Shown piece after piece: positions 53,768 through 61,616 of a DNA stretch of 64,000 bases. Under the pieces are notes generated by a model. The model was not told where the DNA came from. It searched no databases and saw only the letters and a list, made by a program, of their open reading frames with translations. The stretch is from the IMG/VR virus record IMGVR_UViG_3300029258_001230. One strand, given 5' to 3'. The position numbers and the translations under genes are program-made. The stretch comes from an uncultured virus (IMG/VR IMGVR_UViG_3300029258_001230) (Duplodnaviria > Heunggongvirae > Uroviricota > Caudoviricetes). The first letter of the stretch is position 1. The number at the start of each line of letters is the position of its first letter.

Positions 53768-54136
53768 ATGGATAATAATAAAAAGGCATGGATTTCAGTA
53801 GGCGTAATAGGAGCATTGTTTCTAGGGCTATACGCTTATAATAAACGAAAAGCTAAACCAACTCAGTCAAACAAGGGTTTGTCCGTTAAAGATGCTCAGG
53901 ATATAGAGCATACAGAATTGTTTCCGATTAGATTAGGAAGTAAAGGGTATGAAGTAAAGGTGGTTCAAAGATACCTGAATACAGTGTGTAAGTCGGGAGT
54001 AGAATTATCTGGAGTGTTTGATGAGAATTTAAAAGATAAACTAATCAATTGTAAAATAATTGGTAGAGACGAGATAGATGAAGATTTTTATTTTAGAATC
54101 CAAAAGGATTTGGAGGCAGGAAAGATTTTGCCTTAG
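53768..54136 (+). CDS. membrane protein with peptidoglycan-binding domain
   Basis: IRLGSKGYEVKVVQRYLN...SGVFD resembles PG_binding_1. Confidence 0.7.
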   Translation: MDNNKKAWISVGVIGALFLGLYAYNKRKAKPTQSNKGLSVKDAQDIEHTELFPIRLGSKGYEVKVVQRYLNTVCKSGVELSGVFDENLKDKLINCKIIGRDEIDEDFYFRIQKDLEAGKILP

Positions 54137-54164
54137 TATTGTTTAATTTGTAAATGTAAAAGTG

Positions 54165-54308
54165 ATGAATAAGAAGTTAGTTAGAAACATCATTATTGGA
54201 GGAGTAGTTTTAACGGCAGGTTTTTTAGCGTATAAGCACTTCACCAAAGAGGAAGATGTAAACGGAGAAGAGACTCATTCAGGAGCGTCTGGATGTGGGT
54301 GTAGTTAA
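54165..54308 (+). CDS. 47-aa membrane peptide (not in ORF track)
   Basis: MNKKLVRNIIIGGVVLTAGFLAYKHF...HSGASGCGCS. Confidence 0.7.
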   Translation: MNKKLVRNIIIGGVVLTAGFLAYKHFTKEEDVNGEETHSGASGCGCS

Positions 54309-54331
54309 TTTAAGTTTAAGGTAAAAAAGGT

Positions 54332-54781
54332 ATGGAAAAAAAGAAAAGAAACATTTTAATCGGAGTAGGGTTGATTGCTACTGGGTTAATCTTAACGAAA
54401 AGAGCAGTTGACAAAGGAAAAGAAGTTCCTGTGATCGGGAAATTGTTTAAAAAAGATGGTGCATCAGAAGAAGTAGCTGTTGAACAAGTAACAGAAGAAA
54501 GTCATTCAGAAGCTATAGGAATTAGAGGTGGTTCAGGTAGTATTAAATGGCAAAACTGTTTCACAGATGATAAAGGGAATACTTGTTGTTATCACCCTAC
54601 TACGGGAGATGTTCACTGTAACGTAGGAGCTTCAAAGGTAAGGGCTAAAGCAAATGCTATTGACAGGAGTTTTAGAAGTGTTCAAAGAGATTTGAGAGGT
54701 AGAACGGTTAGACCACTAAGAAGAGCTGTTAGGACAAATGCACTTAACAGAGCTTCTTTGTTTCAAATGTACGGTTTATAG
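54332..54781 (+). CDS. membrane protein with basic C-terminus
   Basis: N-terminal TM; HSEAIG motif; Arg-rich tail. Confidence 0.7.
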   Translation: MEKKKRNILIGVGLIATGLILTKRAVDKGKEVPVIGKLFKKDGASEEVAVEQVTEESHSEAIGIRGGSGSIKWQNCFTDDKGNTCCYHPTTGDVHCNVGASKVRAKANAIDRSFRSVQRDLRGRTVRPLRRAVRTNALNRASLFQMYGL

Positions 54782-54803
54782 TTTAAGTAATTAATTTAAA
54801 ATT

Positions 54804-54830
54804 AAAGGGAGGCTAGTTCTCCCTTTTTTT
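54804..54830 (+). terminator. intrinsic terminator
   Basis: AAAGGGAG-GCTAGTT-CTCCCTTTTTTT. Confidence 0.8.
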
Positions 54831-54833
54831 GTT

Positions 54834-55331
54834 ATGCACAAAGAAGCAAAAGAAGAGGCGATAAGGTTTTCTGAATTATATCTAAAAGATGCTGAAAATC
54901 TACAAATTTTAGACGTAGGGAGTTATAGCGTTAATGGATCGTTAAGAGAGGTTTTTGAAAAACATGGAAACTATACAGGATTAGATATTCAGGAAGGAAA
55001 AAACGTTGATATTGTAAGCCCCGTAGATAACTTTATATTTACGGATAATATGTTTGACGTTATTGTTTCTAGTAGTTGCTTTGAGCATAATATCGTGTTT
55101 TGGAAAACATTTGAAGAAATGATTAGAGTTGCTAAATCGGAAGCCTTAATTTTTATCAACACACCTAGCAGAGGTGGTTATCATGGTTATCCATTAGACT
55201 GTTGGAGGTTTTACAAAGACGCATATAAAGCGTTAGAGATGTCTAATTCTGGTAAAGTAGAGTTGTTGGAGCAAAGGTTTAATGATAAAGGGCATTGGGG
55301 CGATAATATCGGGATATTTAAAGTAAAGTAA
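54834..55331 (+). CDS. class I SAM-dependent methyltransferase (Methyltransf_11-like)
   Basis: ILDVGS...YTGLDI...FDVIVSSSCFEH. Confidence 0.85.
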   Translation: MHKEAKEEAIRFSELYLKDAENLQILDVGSYSVNGSLREVFEKHGNYTGLDIQEGKNVDIVSPVDNFIFTDNMFDVIVSSSCFEHNIVFWKTFEEMIRVAKSEALIFINTPSRGGYHGYPLDCWRFYKDAYKALEMSNSGKVELLEQRFNDKGHWGDNIGIFKVK

Positions 55332-55876
55332 TGAGAAAGGTTTATTATTCTACGCCATACGATCAGTCAATGAATATTGGAAGGTATTACAATGATTTCA
55401 TGGAGCTACTTCCAAGTGATGATTGTTGGGCTGTTTTCACGGATGGAGATGCTATGTTCTCAACTCCTGATTACGGTAGTAAGATAGAGTACATAATCGC
55501 TAAACACGGAAAAGAATACCCTTTACTAACTTCTGTTACTAATCGAATAGGAAGACCAGAACAAAGAGTAAATGGAACATGGGAAAGTAATGATTTGTCG
55601 TTTCACAGAAGCAAGGGAGAGCAAGTATGGAGTCAAAATAAAGACCTTATAGATAACGCTACTAATTACCAACCAATAGGAGGGGTGTTATTAGCACTCA
55701 ATAAAGGCAGATGGAAAAAGGTAGGGAAATTCTCTGAAAAAGGGATGTTGGGAATTGATAACGATATTCACAGAAAATTTGTATCTTTCGGAATGAAAGT
55801 GGGTATCATGAAGGGTATTTATATGATTCATTGGTACAGAGGGGGAGACGCAAAAAACAAGAAACATTTATTATAA
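55331..55876 (+). CDS. GT-A fold glycosyltransferase-like protein
   Basis: VFTDGDAMF (DxD), GGVLLA, GIDND. Confidence 0.65.
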   Translation: MRKVYYSTPYDQSMNIGRYYNDFMELLPSDDCWAVFTDGDAMFSTPDYGSKIEYIIAKHGKEYPLLTSVTNRIGRPEQRVNGTWESNDLSFHRSKGEQVWSQNKDLIDNATNYQPIGGVLLALNKGRWKKVGKFSEKGMLGIDNDIHRKFVSFGMKVGIMKGIYMIHWYRGGDAKNKKHLL

Positions 55877-55887
55877 ACCGAATAAAC

Positions 55888-56433
55888 ATGGAAAGAAAAG
55901 TTTTTTTATTAGGAAGAGCTAAATCAGGAACGAGGTCTATTGATAAAGCCTTAAATGACTTAGGGTATTCGACTCTAAACAAACACCAAGGGCTAGATAC
56001 CGATAATCTAGCACAAGACATCATTAAGAAAATGAAAAATAAAGGAGCTTTCACAGCTACCGTTAAATTTGATATTGAGCAAATAAAAGAGATTGAAAAA
56101 ACTTATCCAGAAGCCGTGTTCATTCTTACGGAAAGACCTTCTGATAAGTGGTACTCATCATGGGTGGGTCATCATTCAAGAAAAGCAACAAAAGAAAATC
56201 CCAGAACAGAAGAAACGGCTTTTAAGAATAAAGGGGCGTGGGTAGATAAGTATTACATTGAGTATAATACTTTAGTAAAAAGACATTTCCAAGGAAGAGA
56301 ATGGAAACTTTTACACATAATGTATGGAGCTAAAAATGATAATTGGGGCGCACTATGTAGCTTTCTTAAAAAGCCAGTTCCAAAAGGCGGTTTCCCACAT
56401 CAAAATAGATCGGTAGATCAAAAGAAAAAGTAA
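55888..56433 (+). CDS. sulfotransferase-family protein (Sulfotransfer_4-like)
   Basis: KVFLLGRAKSGTRS...FILTER...WYSS...WGALCSFL...FPHQN; ATG at 55888. Confidence 0.8.
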   Translation: MERKVFLLGRAKSGTRSIDKALNDLGYSTLNKHQGLDTDNLAQDIIKKMKNKGAFTATVKFDIEQIKEIEKTYPEAVFILTERPSDKWYSSWVGHHSRKATKENPRTEETAFKNKGAWVDKYYIEYNTLVKRHFQGREWKLLHIMYGAKNDNWGALCSFLKKPVPKGGFPHQNRSVDQKKK

Positions 56434-57089
56434 TGAATCGAAAAGTCATATATAGTGCTATATTTGGCAATTACGATGCGGTCAAAATACATAGTCATAT
56501 CAATAAGGAATATGACTATGTATTATTTTCTGACTCTGCTACTATATCAGCTCAATCTAGCAGGATGGATAGTTCTAATTGGACTGTTATCAATATGGGT
56601 AATGTTTCAAATCCTCGTTTATTAGCTAGAGAATTAAAAGTTTTGAATAAGGTTTTAGGTTCTTATTCGGAATCAATATGGTTAGACGGTAAATATAAAC
56701 AGATTGGAGATATTAACGATTTGTTTGAAAACGACTCAAGCTATTTTACGACTATGACTCATCCTAGTAGGAGTTGCGTATATAAAGAAGCGGAGGCTTG
56801 TGTTTCAATGGGTAGAGGGAATAAAGATGATATATTAACGCAGATAGAAAGGTATCAATCAGAAGGGCTTCCAAAAAACATCGGAATGGTTAATTCAGCC
56901 GTAATAAGGAGGTTTAACACACCTAGAGTTAATGCGATCAATGAGGGTTGGTGGAACGAGATAGAAAACGGAAGTATCAGAGACCAAATAAGTTTTAACT
57001 ACGTTTTGTGGAAATTAAAAGAAAAAATCCATATATTCGACCATAACAAACTTAAAGGAGTTCTTCAAGAACACAAACATTTAATTTAG
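56433..57089 (+). CDS. DUF616-family glycosyltransferase
   Basis: IYSAIFGNYD...WLDG...HPSRSCVYKEA...RDQISFNY. Confidence 0.8.
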   Translation: MNRKVIYSAIFGNYDAVKIHSHINKEYDYVLFSDSATISAQSSRMDSSNWTVINMGNVSNPRLLARELKVLNKVLGSYSESIWLDGKYKQIGDINDLFENDSSYFTTMTHPSRSCVYKEAEACVSMGRGNKDDILTQIERYQSEGLPKNIGMVNSAVIRRFNTPRVNAINEGWWNEIENGSIRDQISFNYVLWKLKEKIHIFDHNKLKGVLQEHKHLI

Positions 57090-57094
57090 ACAAT

Positions 57095-57736
57095 ATGAAA
57101 AGATGGGACATTATTAATTCTTATATCCATAAGGAAGGGTATTCTACGTATTTAGAAATCGGTTTGCAGTCTGGAATTTGCAGAGATAATATACAGATTC
57201 CAAACAAGAATAAAACCACGGTAGACCCTGATGAAAGGTCAAATAACCCAACTCACAATATGACTTCTGATGAGTTCTTTGAGCAAAACGACAAGACTTT
57301 TGATGTGATATTCATTGATGGATTACACCATGCAGAACAAGTGTTTAAAGATATTGAAAATGCCTTAGAGGTGCTTAATGAAGGTGGGACAATATTTTGT
57401 CATGATATGCTTCCAATTGAAGAGGTGCAAGCTAAAGTTCCGAGAGAAACGCAAGTATGGAACGGTGACTGTTGGAAGGCTTGGTATAAGTTAAAAGGTA
57501 CTAGAGACGACTTAGATATGTTCGTTATTGAAAGAGATTGGGGTGTTGGTGTTATTAAGAAAGGTTCTCAGGAAGTGGTCAAGGAATTAGATATTCCAAT
57601 GAGTGAAATGACTTGGTCTTTCTATATGGAGCATAAAAGAAAAAACACTATTGGAAAAATAGATGGGAAAGAATTTAAGAATCACAACCCAGAGTTCTTT
57701 AATGATCCGAAACTATTTAAACCAATGAATAGATAG
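57095..57736 (+). CDS. class I SAM-dependent methyltransferase (Methyltransf_24-like)
   Basis: YLEIG...VDP...FDVIFIDGLH...GGTIFCHD. Confidence 0.85.
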   Translation: MKRWDIINSYIHKEGYSTYLEIGLQSGICRDNIQIPNKNKTTVDPDERSNNPTHNMTSDEFFEQNDKTFDVIFIDGLHHAEQVFKDIENALEVLNEGGTIFCHDMLPIEEVQAKVPRETQVWNGDCWKAWYKLKGTRDDLDMFVIERDWGVGVIKKGSQEVVKELDIPMSEMTWSFYMEHKRKNTIGKIDGKEFKNHNPEFFNDPKLFKPMNR

Positions 57737-57912
57737 TTGAGAATTTAAAACTAACGAGTAACTTAACTGATGTGCTAATACCAGAAAGTGAAGGTTCGTA
57801 AATATAAATATATTGACAGGATAGCCGAGCCTATATAAGTAAGTAGGAAGTTTCTAATGTTTTAAAGGATGGCAACAAGTTTTAATTAGAAGCGAAATAA
57901 ATAGTTTGAAAA

Positions 57913-58083
57913 ATGAAATACACCATAGAAATATTAGAAAGAAGCATTGATTCTCTTGAAGTTGCTTATATGATGAGAGTAGTTAGAGGCACTGTTGATA
58001 AGGATAGTGAACAAGCTATCATCAACAGACATAGAGTTGATGAGTTGAAGAAAGCAATAAACATTTTGCAAAGTAATTCATAA
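57913..58083 (+). CDS. small protein (not in ORF track)
   Basis: MKYTIEILERSIDSL...ELKKAINILQSNS, 56 aa; stop at the edge of an attC-like hairpin. Confidence 0.6.
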   Translation: MKYTIEILERSIDSLEVAYMMRVVRGTVDKDSEQAIINRHRVDELKKAINILQSNS

Positions 58084-58204
58084 TGGTCGAGCATAACAAA
58101 TGGTGGGGATAAAGAGCGAAACCCTTTCACACCACAAAAAAGATAATTAGTAACCGAATAGCTTAAAGTTGGAAACCTGCCCCACTTTTTGTTATACATT
58201 GTAA
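58081..58204 (+). repeat. degenerate attC-like hairpin
   Basis: ATAACAAATGGTGGGG...CCCCACTTTTTGTTAT arms; cores read TAAT and GTAA. Confidence 0.6.
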
Positions 58205-58230
58205 TAGGTAGGCTTTAATACAATTTTATT

Positions 58231-58434
58231 ATGGCAAAGAAAGTTAAACGTCATGTAGTAAAAGAGACTCTTTATCATGCTATTTCAAAAAAGAAAAACG
58301 GAGAGGTTGTTAATTTAGAAATGAATGCTAAAAACAAAGCTCATTTCAAGAGAAAAGCAAAAGAGTTTGGGTACAGTGTTACTGGAAATATATTTTCAGG
58401 CAAGGCAAGGTCTTATATGGATATGCAACAGTAA
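58231..58434 (+). CDS. small basic cassette protein
   Basis: 67-aa ORF between GTAATAGGT (58201) and ACCTATAAC (58464). Confidence 0.65.
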   Translation: MAKKVKRHVVKETLYHAISKKKNGEVVNLEMNAKNKAHFKRKAKEFGYSVTGNIFSGKARSYMDMQQ

Positions 58435-58468
58435 TGTTACAAGGTAGGCTCTTTCGGGGGCTTACCTA

Positions 58469-58595
58469 TAACGGTTACTTGTATGAGTATTAGCCGATTA
58501 GAAATTACAGAAGTATCGAATTGAAAATTAACTTAATAAATAGTAATAGCTTTAAAAACAAGCACTGCAACGGCTATTGCTTATACAAATTGTTG
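58469..58595 (+). repeat. attC-like hairpin
   Basis: TAAC...TTGTATGAGTATTAGCCG...CGGCTATTGCTTATACAA...GTTG. Confidence 0.8.
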
Positions 58596-58612
58596 TGGTG
58601 CGTTATTTAGCG

Positions 58613-58921
58613 ATGGCAAAATTTAGAAAGAAACCTGTGATTATTGAAGCAATTCAATTAAAAGAAACGAACATAAGCGAAGTGCTTAATTTTATGGGGC
58701 AAACTGTAAGATTACCATCTTTTCAAGAGCAAATGAGATTTGAGCAGTATGAAGATAGTGTCATTGAAAACGGTATGGATATATACACTTTAGAAGATGG
58801 TAGAGATGGTAGAGCGAAGCACGTAGCGACTATTGGTGATTGGATTATTAAAGGTGTTAAAGGTGAGTTTTATCCTTGTAAACCTGATATTTTTGAACAG
58901 ACCTATGAGAGCGTTGGCTAA
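58613..58921 (+). CDS. conserved phage protein (RKKPV...GDWII...YPCKPDIF family)
   Basis: Motif widespread in phages; ATG at 58613; stop inside TAAC. Confidence 0.8.
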   Translation: MAKFRKKPVIIEAIQLKETNISEVLNFMGQTVRLPSFQEQMRFEQYEDSVIENGMDIYTLEDGRDGRAKHVATIGDWIIKGVKGEFYPCKPDIFEQTYESVG

Positions 58922-59000
58922 CACCGTTATAACCTCCGTTTTAATGGAGGGTTATGTGGTGTTATGATCCGTTGCGATAGCTAATGGCGTTTTCTTTTTT
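58919..59000 (+). repeat. Conserved attC-like double-hairpin repeat, copy 6
   Basis: Nearly identical to copy 3 (6382). Confidence 0.9.
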
Positions 59001-59012
59001 TAAATCAAATCA

Positions 59013-59291
59013 ATGATAGTAAAATATTCAATAATAGTATTCCTTACTCAATTAGTTTTCATAGGTTGTAGAACGTGGAATGTTAAGGCAATATCTAAAG
59101 ATAAGATTGGTCAAGTTCTTTTGTCTGGATCATTAATACATATAGCATGGTTGATTTCTATTTCAATTGGTGCTATTTCTGTAAATGAAATTATTTCCGA
59201 TTTTGATTGGAGGTATTTACCTGTTGTAATCTGCTCTTTGATAGGTGGATTAGTAGGTAGCTATATCTCAATGAAAAGTAAAAAGATTTAG
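59013..59291 (+). CDS. small 3-TM membrane protein (DUF5698-like)
   Basis: Three hydrophobic segments. Confidence 0.6.
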   Translation: MIVKYSIIVFLTQLVFIGCRTWNVKAISKDKIGQVLLSGSLIHIAWLISISIGAISVNEIISDFDWRYLPVVICSLIGGLVGSYISMKSKKI

Positions 59292-59352
59292 AATACATTT
59301 GTATTTTAACAATCAAAACTATATTTTAGCACAAACACAAACATTTTAAATC

Positions 59353-60396
59353 ATGGAATTAGAAAAGATTGACCCTGAAAAGTATGGGTTAGAAGAAATG
59401 AAAGCGGAACAAATACGTTCTCAATTTCAACCAATGCTTGACAAGATGGTCGAGTTAGAAAAGGAAGCAAATGAAGTGTTTAGCAAGCCTATTGATGAAG
59501 ACACTTGTAAATTAGCTAAAGAGGTTAGGTTGAAATTCGTTAAGGTAAGAACAGGAACGGCTAAAGTTCATAAGGAGCAAAAGGCTTTTTACTTAGCGGC
59601 TGGTAAGTTTATTGATGGGTGGAAGAACACACAAAAATTTGCTTCTGAGGGAGTTGAAAAACGTCTTTTAGAAATTGAGAAGTATTACGAAAACTTGGAA
59701 CTTCAAAAAATCAAGGAATTAAGAGAGTCCAGAGAAGAAGAGTTGAAGTCGTTTGATGTAGAGGTTATTCCAGAGGGGTTAGGCGTAATGGATGATGCTA
59801 TTTGGGATAATTACATTCAGGGAGTCAAGACCAACCACAAGTTAAGAAAAGAAGCAGAAGAAAAGTCTCGATTGGAACAAGAGGAGAAAGAGCGAAAAGC
59901 AAAACTTCACGAAAGCAGAAAGAATAAGGTTCTTCATTTTTGGTTCTTAATGAATGATGAAGAAAAGCAGTTAGATTTTTCGGACTTCACTAATGATGAG
60001 TTTGACCAATTTTATCAAGACTTCTCAAAGCAGAAAGAGAATCACGATTTAGATCAAAAGAAAATTAAGGAAGAGAACGAAAGGCTTAAACGTGAGCAAG
60101 AGGAGAAAGAAGCCGAGGCAAAACGTCAAAGAGAGTTAGAAGCTAAAAAGCTCAGAAAACTAGAGGAGGAGAAAAAGGCTTTAGAACTAGAAGCTGAAAA
60201 CAAGCGAAAAGCAGAAAAGGAAAAAGAAGAATTAGAACTTTCCAAAAAGGATTCGGATAAGGTTAAAGCACTAATCAATGATGTTACCGAATTAAAATTA
60301 AAGTATTCTTTCAAGTCAAAGAAGAATAAAGTAATGTTTGATGGGGTGTGTTCTCTTTTAGAGAAAGTAATCCATTATATTCAGACAAATAGTTAG
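59353..60396 (+). CDS. coiled-coil phage protein (DUF1351/Gam-like)
   Basis: AKEVRLKFVKVRT...GKFIDG; long E/K-rich coil. Confidence 0.55.
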   Translation: MELEKIDPEKYGLEEMKAEQIRSQFQPMLDKMVELEKEANEVFSKPIDEDTCKLAKEVRLKFVKVRTGTAKVHKEQKAFYLAAGKFIDGWKNTQKFASEGVEKRLLEIEKYYENLELQKIKELRESREEELKSFDVEVIPEGLGVMDDAIWDNYIQGVKTNHKLRKEAEEKSRLEQEEKERKAKLHESRKNKVLHFWFLMNDEEKQLDFSDFTNDEFDQFYQDFSKQKENHDLDQKKIKEENERLKREQEEKEAEAKRQRELEAKKLRKLEEEKKALELEAENKRKAEKEKEELELSKKDSDKVKALINDVTELKLKYSFKSKKNKVMFDGVCSLLEKVIHYIQTNS

Positions 60397-60428
60397 TAAA
60401 CAATTTTTTTAATTATAAATCAAGTATT

Positions 60429-60896
60429 ATGAATTTCAAGTGTAAAATTTCCTACATTAAACAGAACGAAAACGGATCAGTTGTAAAAGTTAAAGAAGAA
60501 TATGTAGTTCCTGCATTGTCTTTTACCGAAGCAGAAGCGAATCTTCAAAGTATTTTAGAAAGCTATATTGCAGAGTATAACCTTGAAAGCTGTACTCCTT
60601 TAAAAGTGACAGATGTTATTTTTGGAGAGGGAGCAGATGATTTTTACAAAGCTAAGATAGATTATGTTAGTTATGATGAAGATTCTGGGAAAGAAAAGAA
60701 GATTTCTGAAACTTATTTAATCCGTTCTAACAACCTTAAAGATTGTTTACCTATGATTGAATCAAGAATGGAAGGAAGTGTTGTTAATTGGGAGGTAACG
60801 TCTGTTTCAAAGACCAATATCGCAGACGTGTTTGTTGCTGAGCAATTAAAAGAAGCTTTAGGAATGAATATTCAAGAATCTGTTGAATCAAAGTAA
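60429..60896 (+). CDS. DUF4494-family protein
   Basis: FKCKISY...EEYVVPALSFTEAEA...FYKAKI...DEDSGKEKK...TNIADVF. Confidence 0.8.
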   Translation: MNFKCKISYIKQNENGSVVKVKEEYVVPALSFTEAEANLQSILESYIAEYNLESCTPLKVTDVIFGEGADDFYKAKIDYVSYDEDSGKEKKISETYLIRSNNLKDCLPMIESRMEGSVVNWEVTSVSKTNIADVFVAEQLKEALGMNIQESVESK

Positions 60897-60898
60897 AA

Positions 60899-61126
60899 AT
60901 GGATTTAAAATGTATTGATAAGCATAAAGACGAGGACTCCGTTTTGGAGTTCTTGTCCGTTGCTAAAGAGTTTGATAACGGCATTTCGTTAGAGGACAAT
61001 GTAACTATATTAAATATGGACAGGTTTTGTAATTCAATGATTAACCTAATCAAAGCAAAACCAAGTAAGCTTCAATATGAGCTAGCTATCCAAATGTCAA
61101 AATCATTAATGGCAGAGATTACCTAA
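60899..61126 (+). CDS. hypothetical protein
   Basis: 75-aa ORF. Confidence 0.6.
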   Translation: MDLKCIDKHKDEDSVLEFLSVAKEFDNGISLEDNVTILNMDRFCNSMINLIKAKPSKLQYELAIQMSKSLMAEIT

Positions 61127-61206
61127 TAAACATTTTGTTAAAAAACAATAGGCAATTGCAGTAAAATTGAGTTTAACTTTATAATCCAAAATTAAAATTC
61201 AAGACT

Positions 61207-61368
61207 ATGGCAGAAATTCAGGAAGAGATTAAGAGATTACAGGGTAAGTTGACGGGGGATATGTTTAAAGACATGGACGTTAAACATAGAATCCATAAGT
61301 TAGAAATGAAGATGAATGGTGTGAAGCCGAATGATTCTCATTTTGAGTGCGTTGGATGTAGTGCTTAA
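61207..61368 (+). CDS. 53-aa protein with C-terminal CxxC (not in ORF track)
   Basis: ...KLTGDMFKDMDVKHRIHKLEMKMNGVKP...ECVGCSA; followed by a terminator. Confidence 0.7.
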   Translation: MAEIQEEIKRLQGKLTGDMFKDMDVKHRIHKLEMKMNGVKPNDSHFECVGCSA

Positions 61369-61392
61369 TTAATTTTAGTTTTAGTTTTTAGG

Positions 61393-61419
61393 AAAAGAGG
61401 GGTAATTCCCTCTTTTTTT
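61393..61419 (+). terminator. intrinsic terminator
   Basis: AAAAGAGGG-GTAATT-CCCTCTTTTTTT. Confidence 0.8.
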
Positions 61420-61511
61420 GTATATTAGTGTCACACAAACGTTAATAACAGGTAATTGTAATGAGACTAGAGGTCAATAGAATTGCTAATGAATGCCTTT
61501 AAATATTACAA

Positions 61512-61592
61512 TAACACCGTAATAACAAACGTCCGCAGGATGTTTAGTTATGGGGTGTTGAAGAGCGTTGCGAAGCTAATGCGAATTATTTT
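61512..61592 (+). repeat. Conserved attC-like double-hairpin repeat, copy 7
   Basis: TAACACCGTAATAACAAAC...GTTTAGTTATGGGGTGTTG plus GCGTTGCGAAGCTAATGCG. Confidence 0.9.
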
Positions 61593-61616
61593 AAAAAACA
61601 CACAAATACTAAAATT

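Noticed and set aside
57737..57912. Possible tRNA or ncRNA in this intergenic gap
   Set aside because: I could not find a cloverleaf, a T-loop in proper context or a convincing stem; tRNAscan-SE or Infernal would be needed
481..61592. CRISPR array interpretation of the TAACACCG repeats
   Set aside because: Copies are about 80 bp, dispersed kilobases apart and separated by whole genes, not by 30-40 bp spacers
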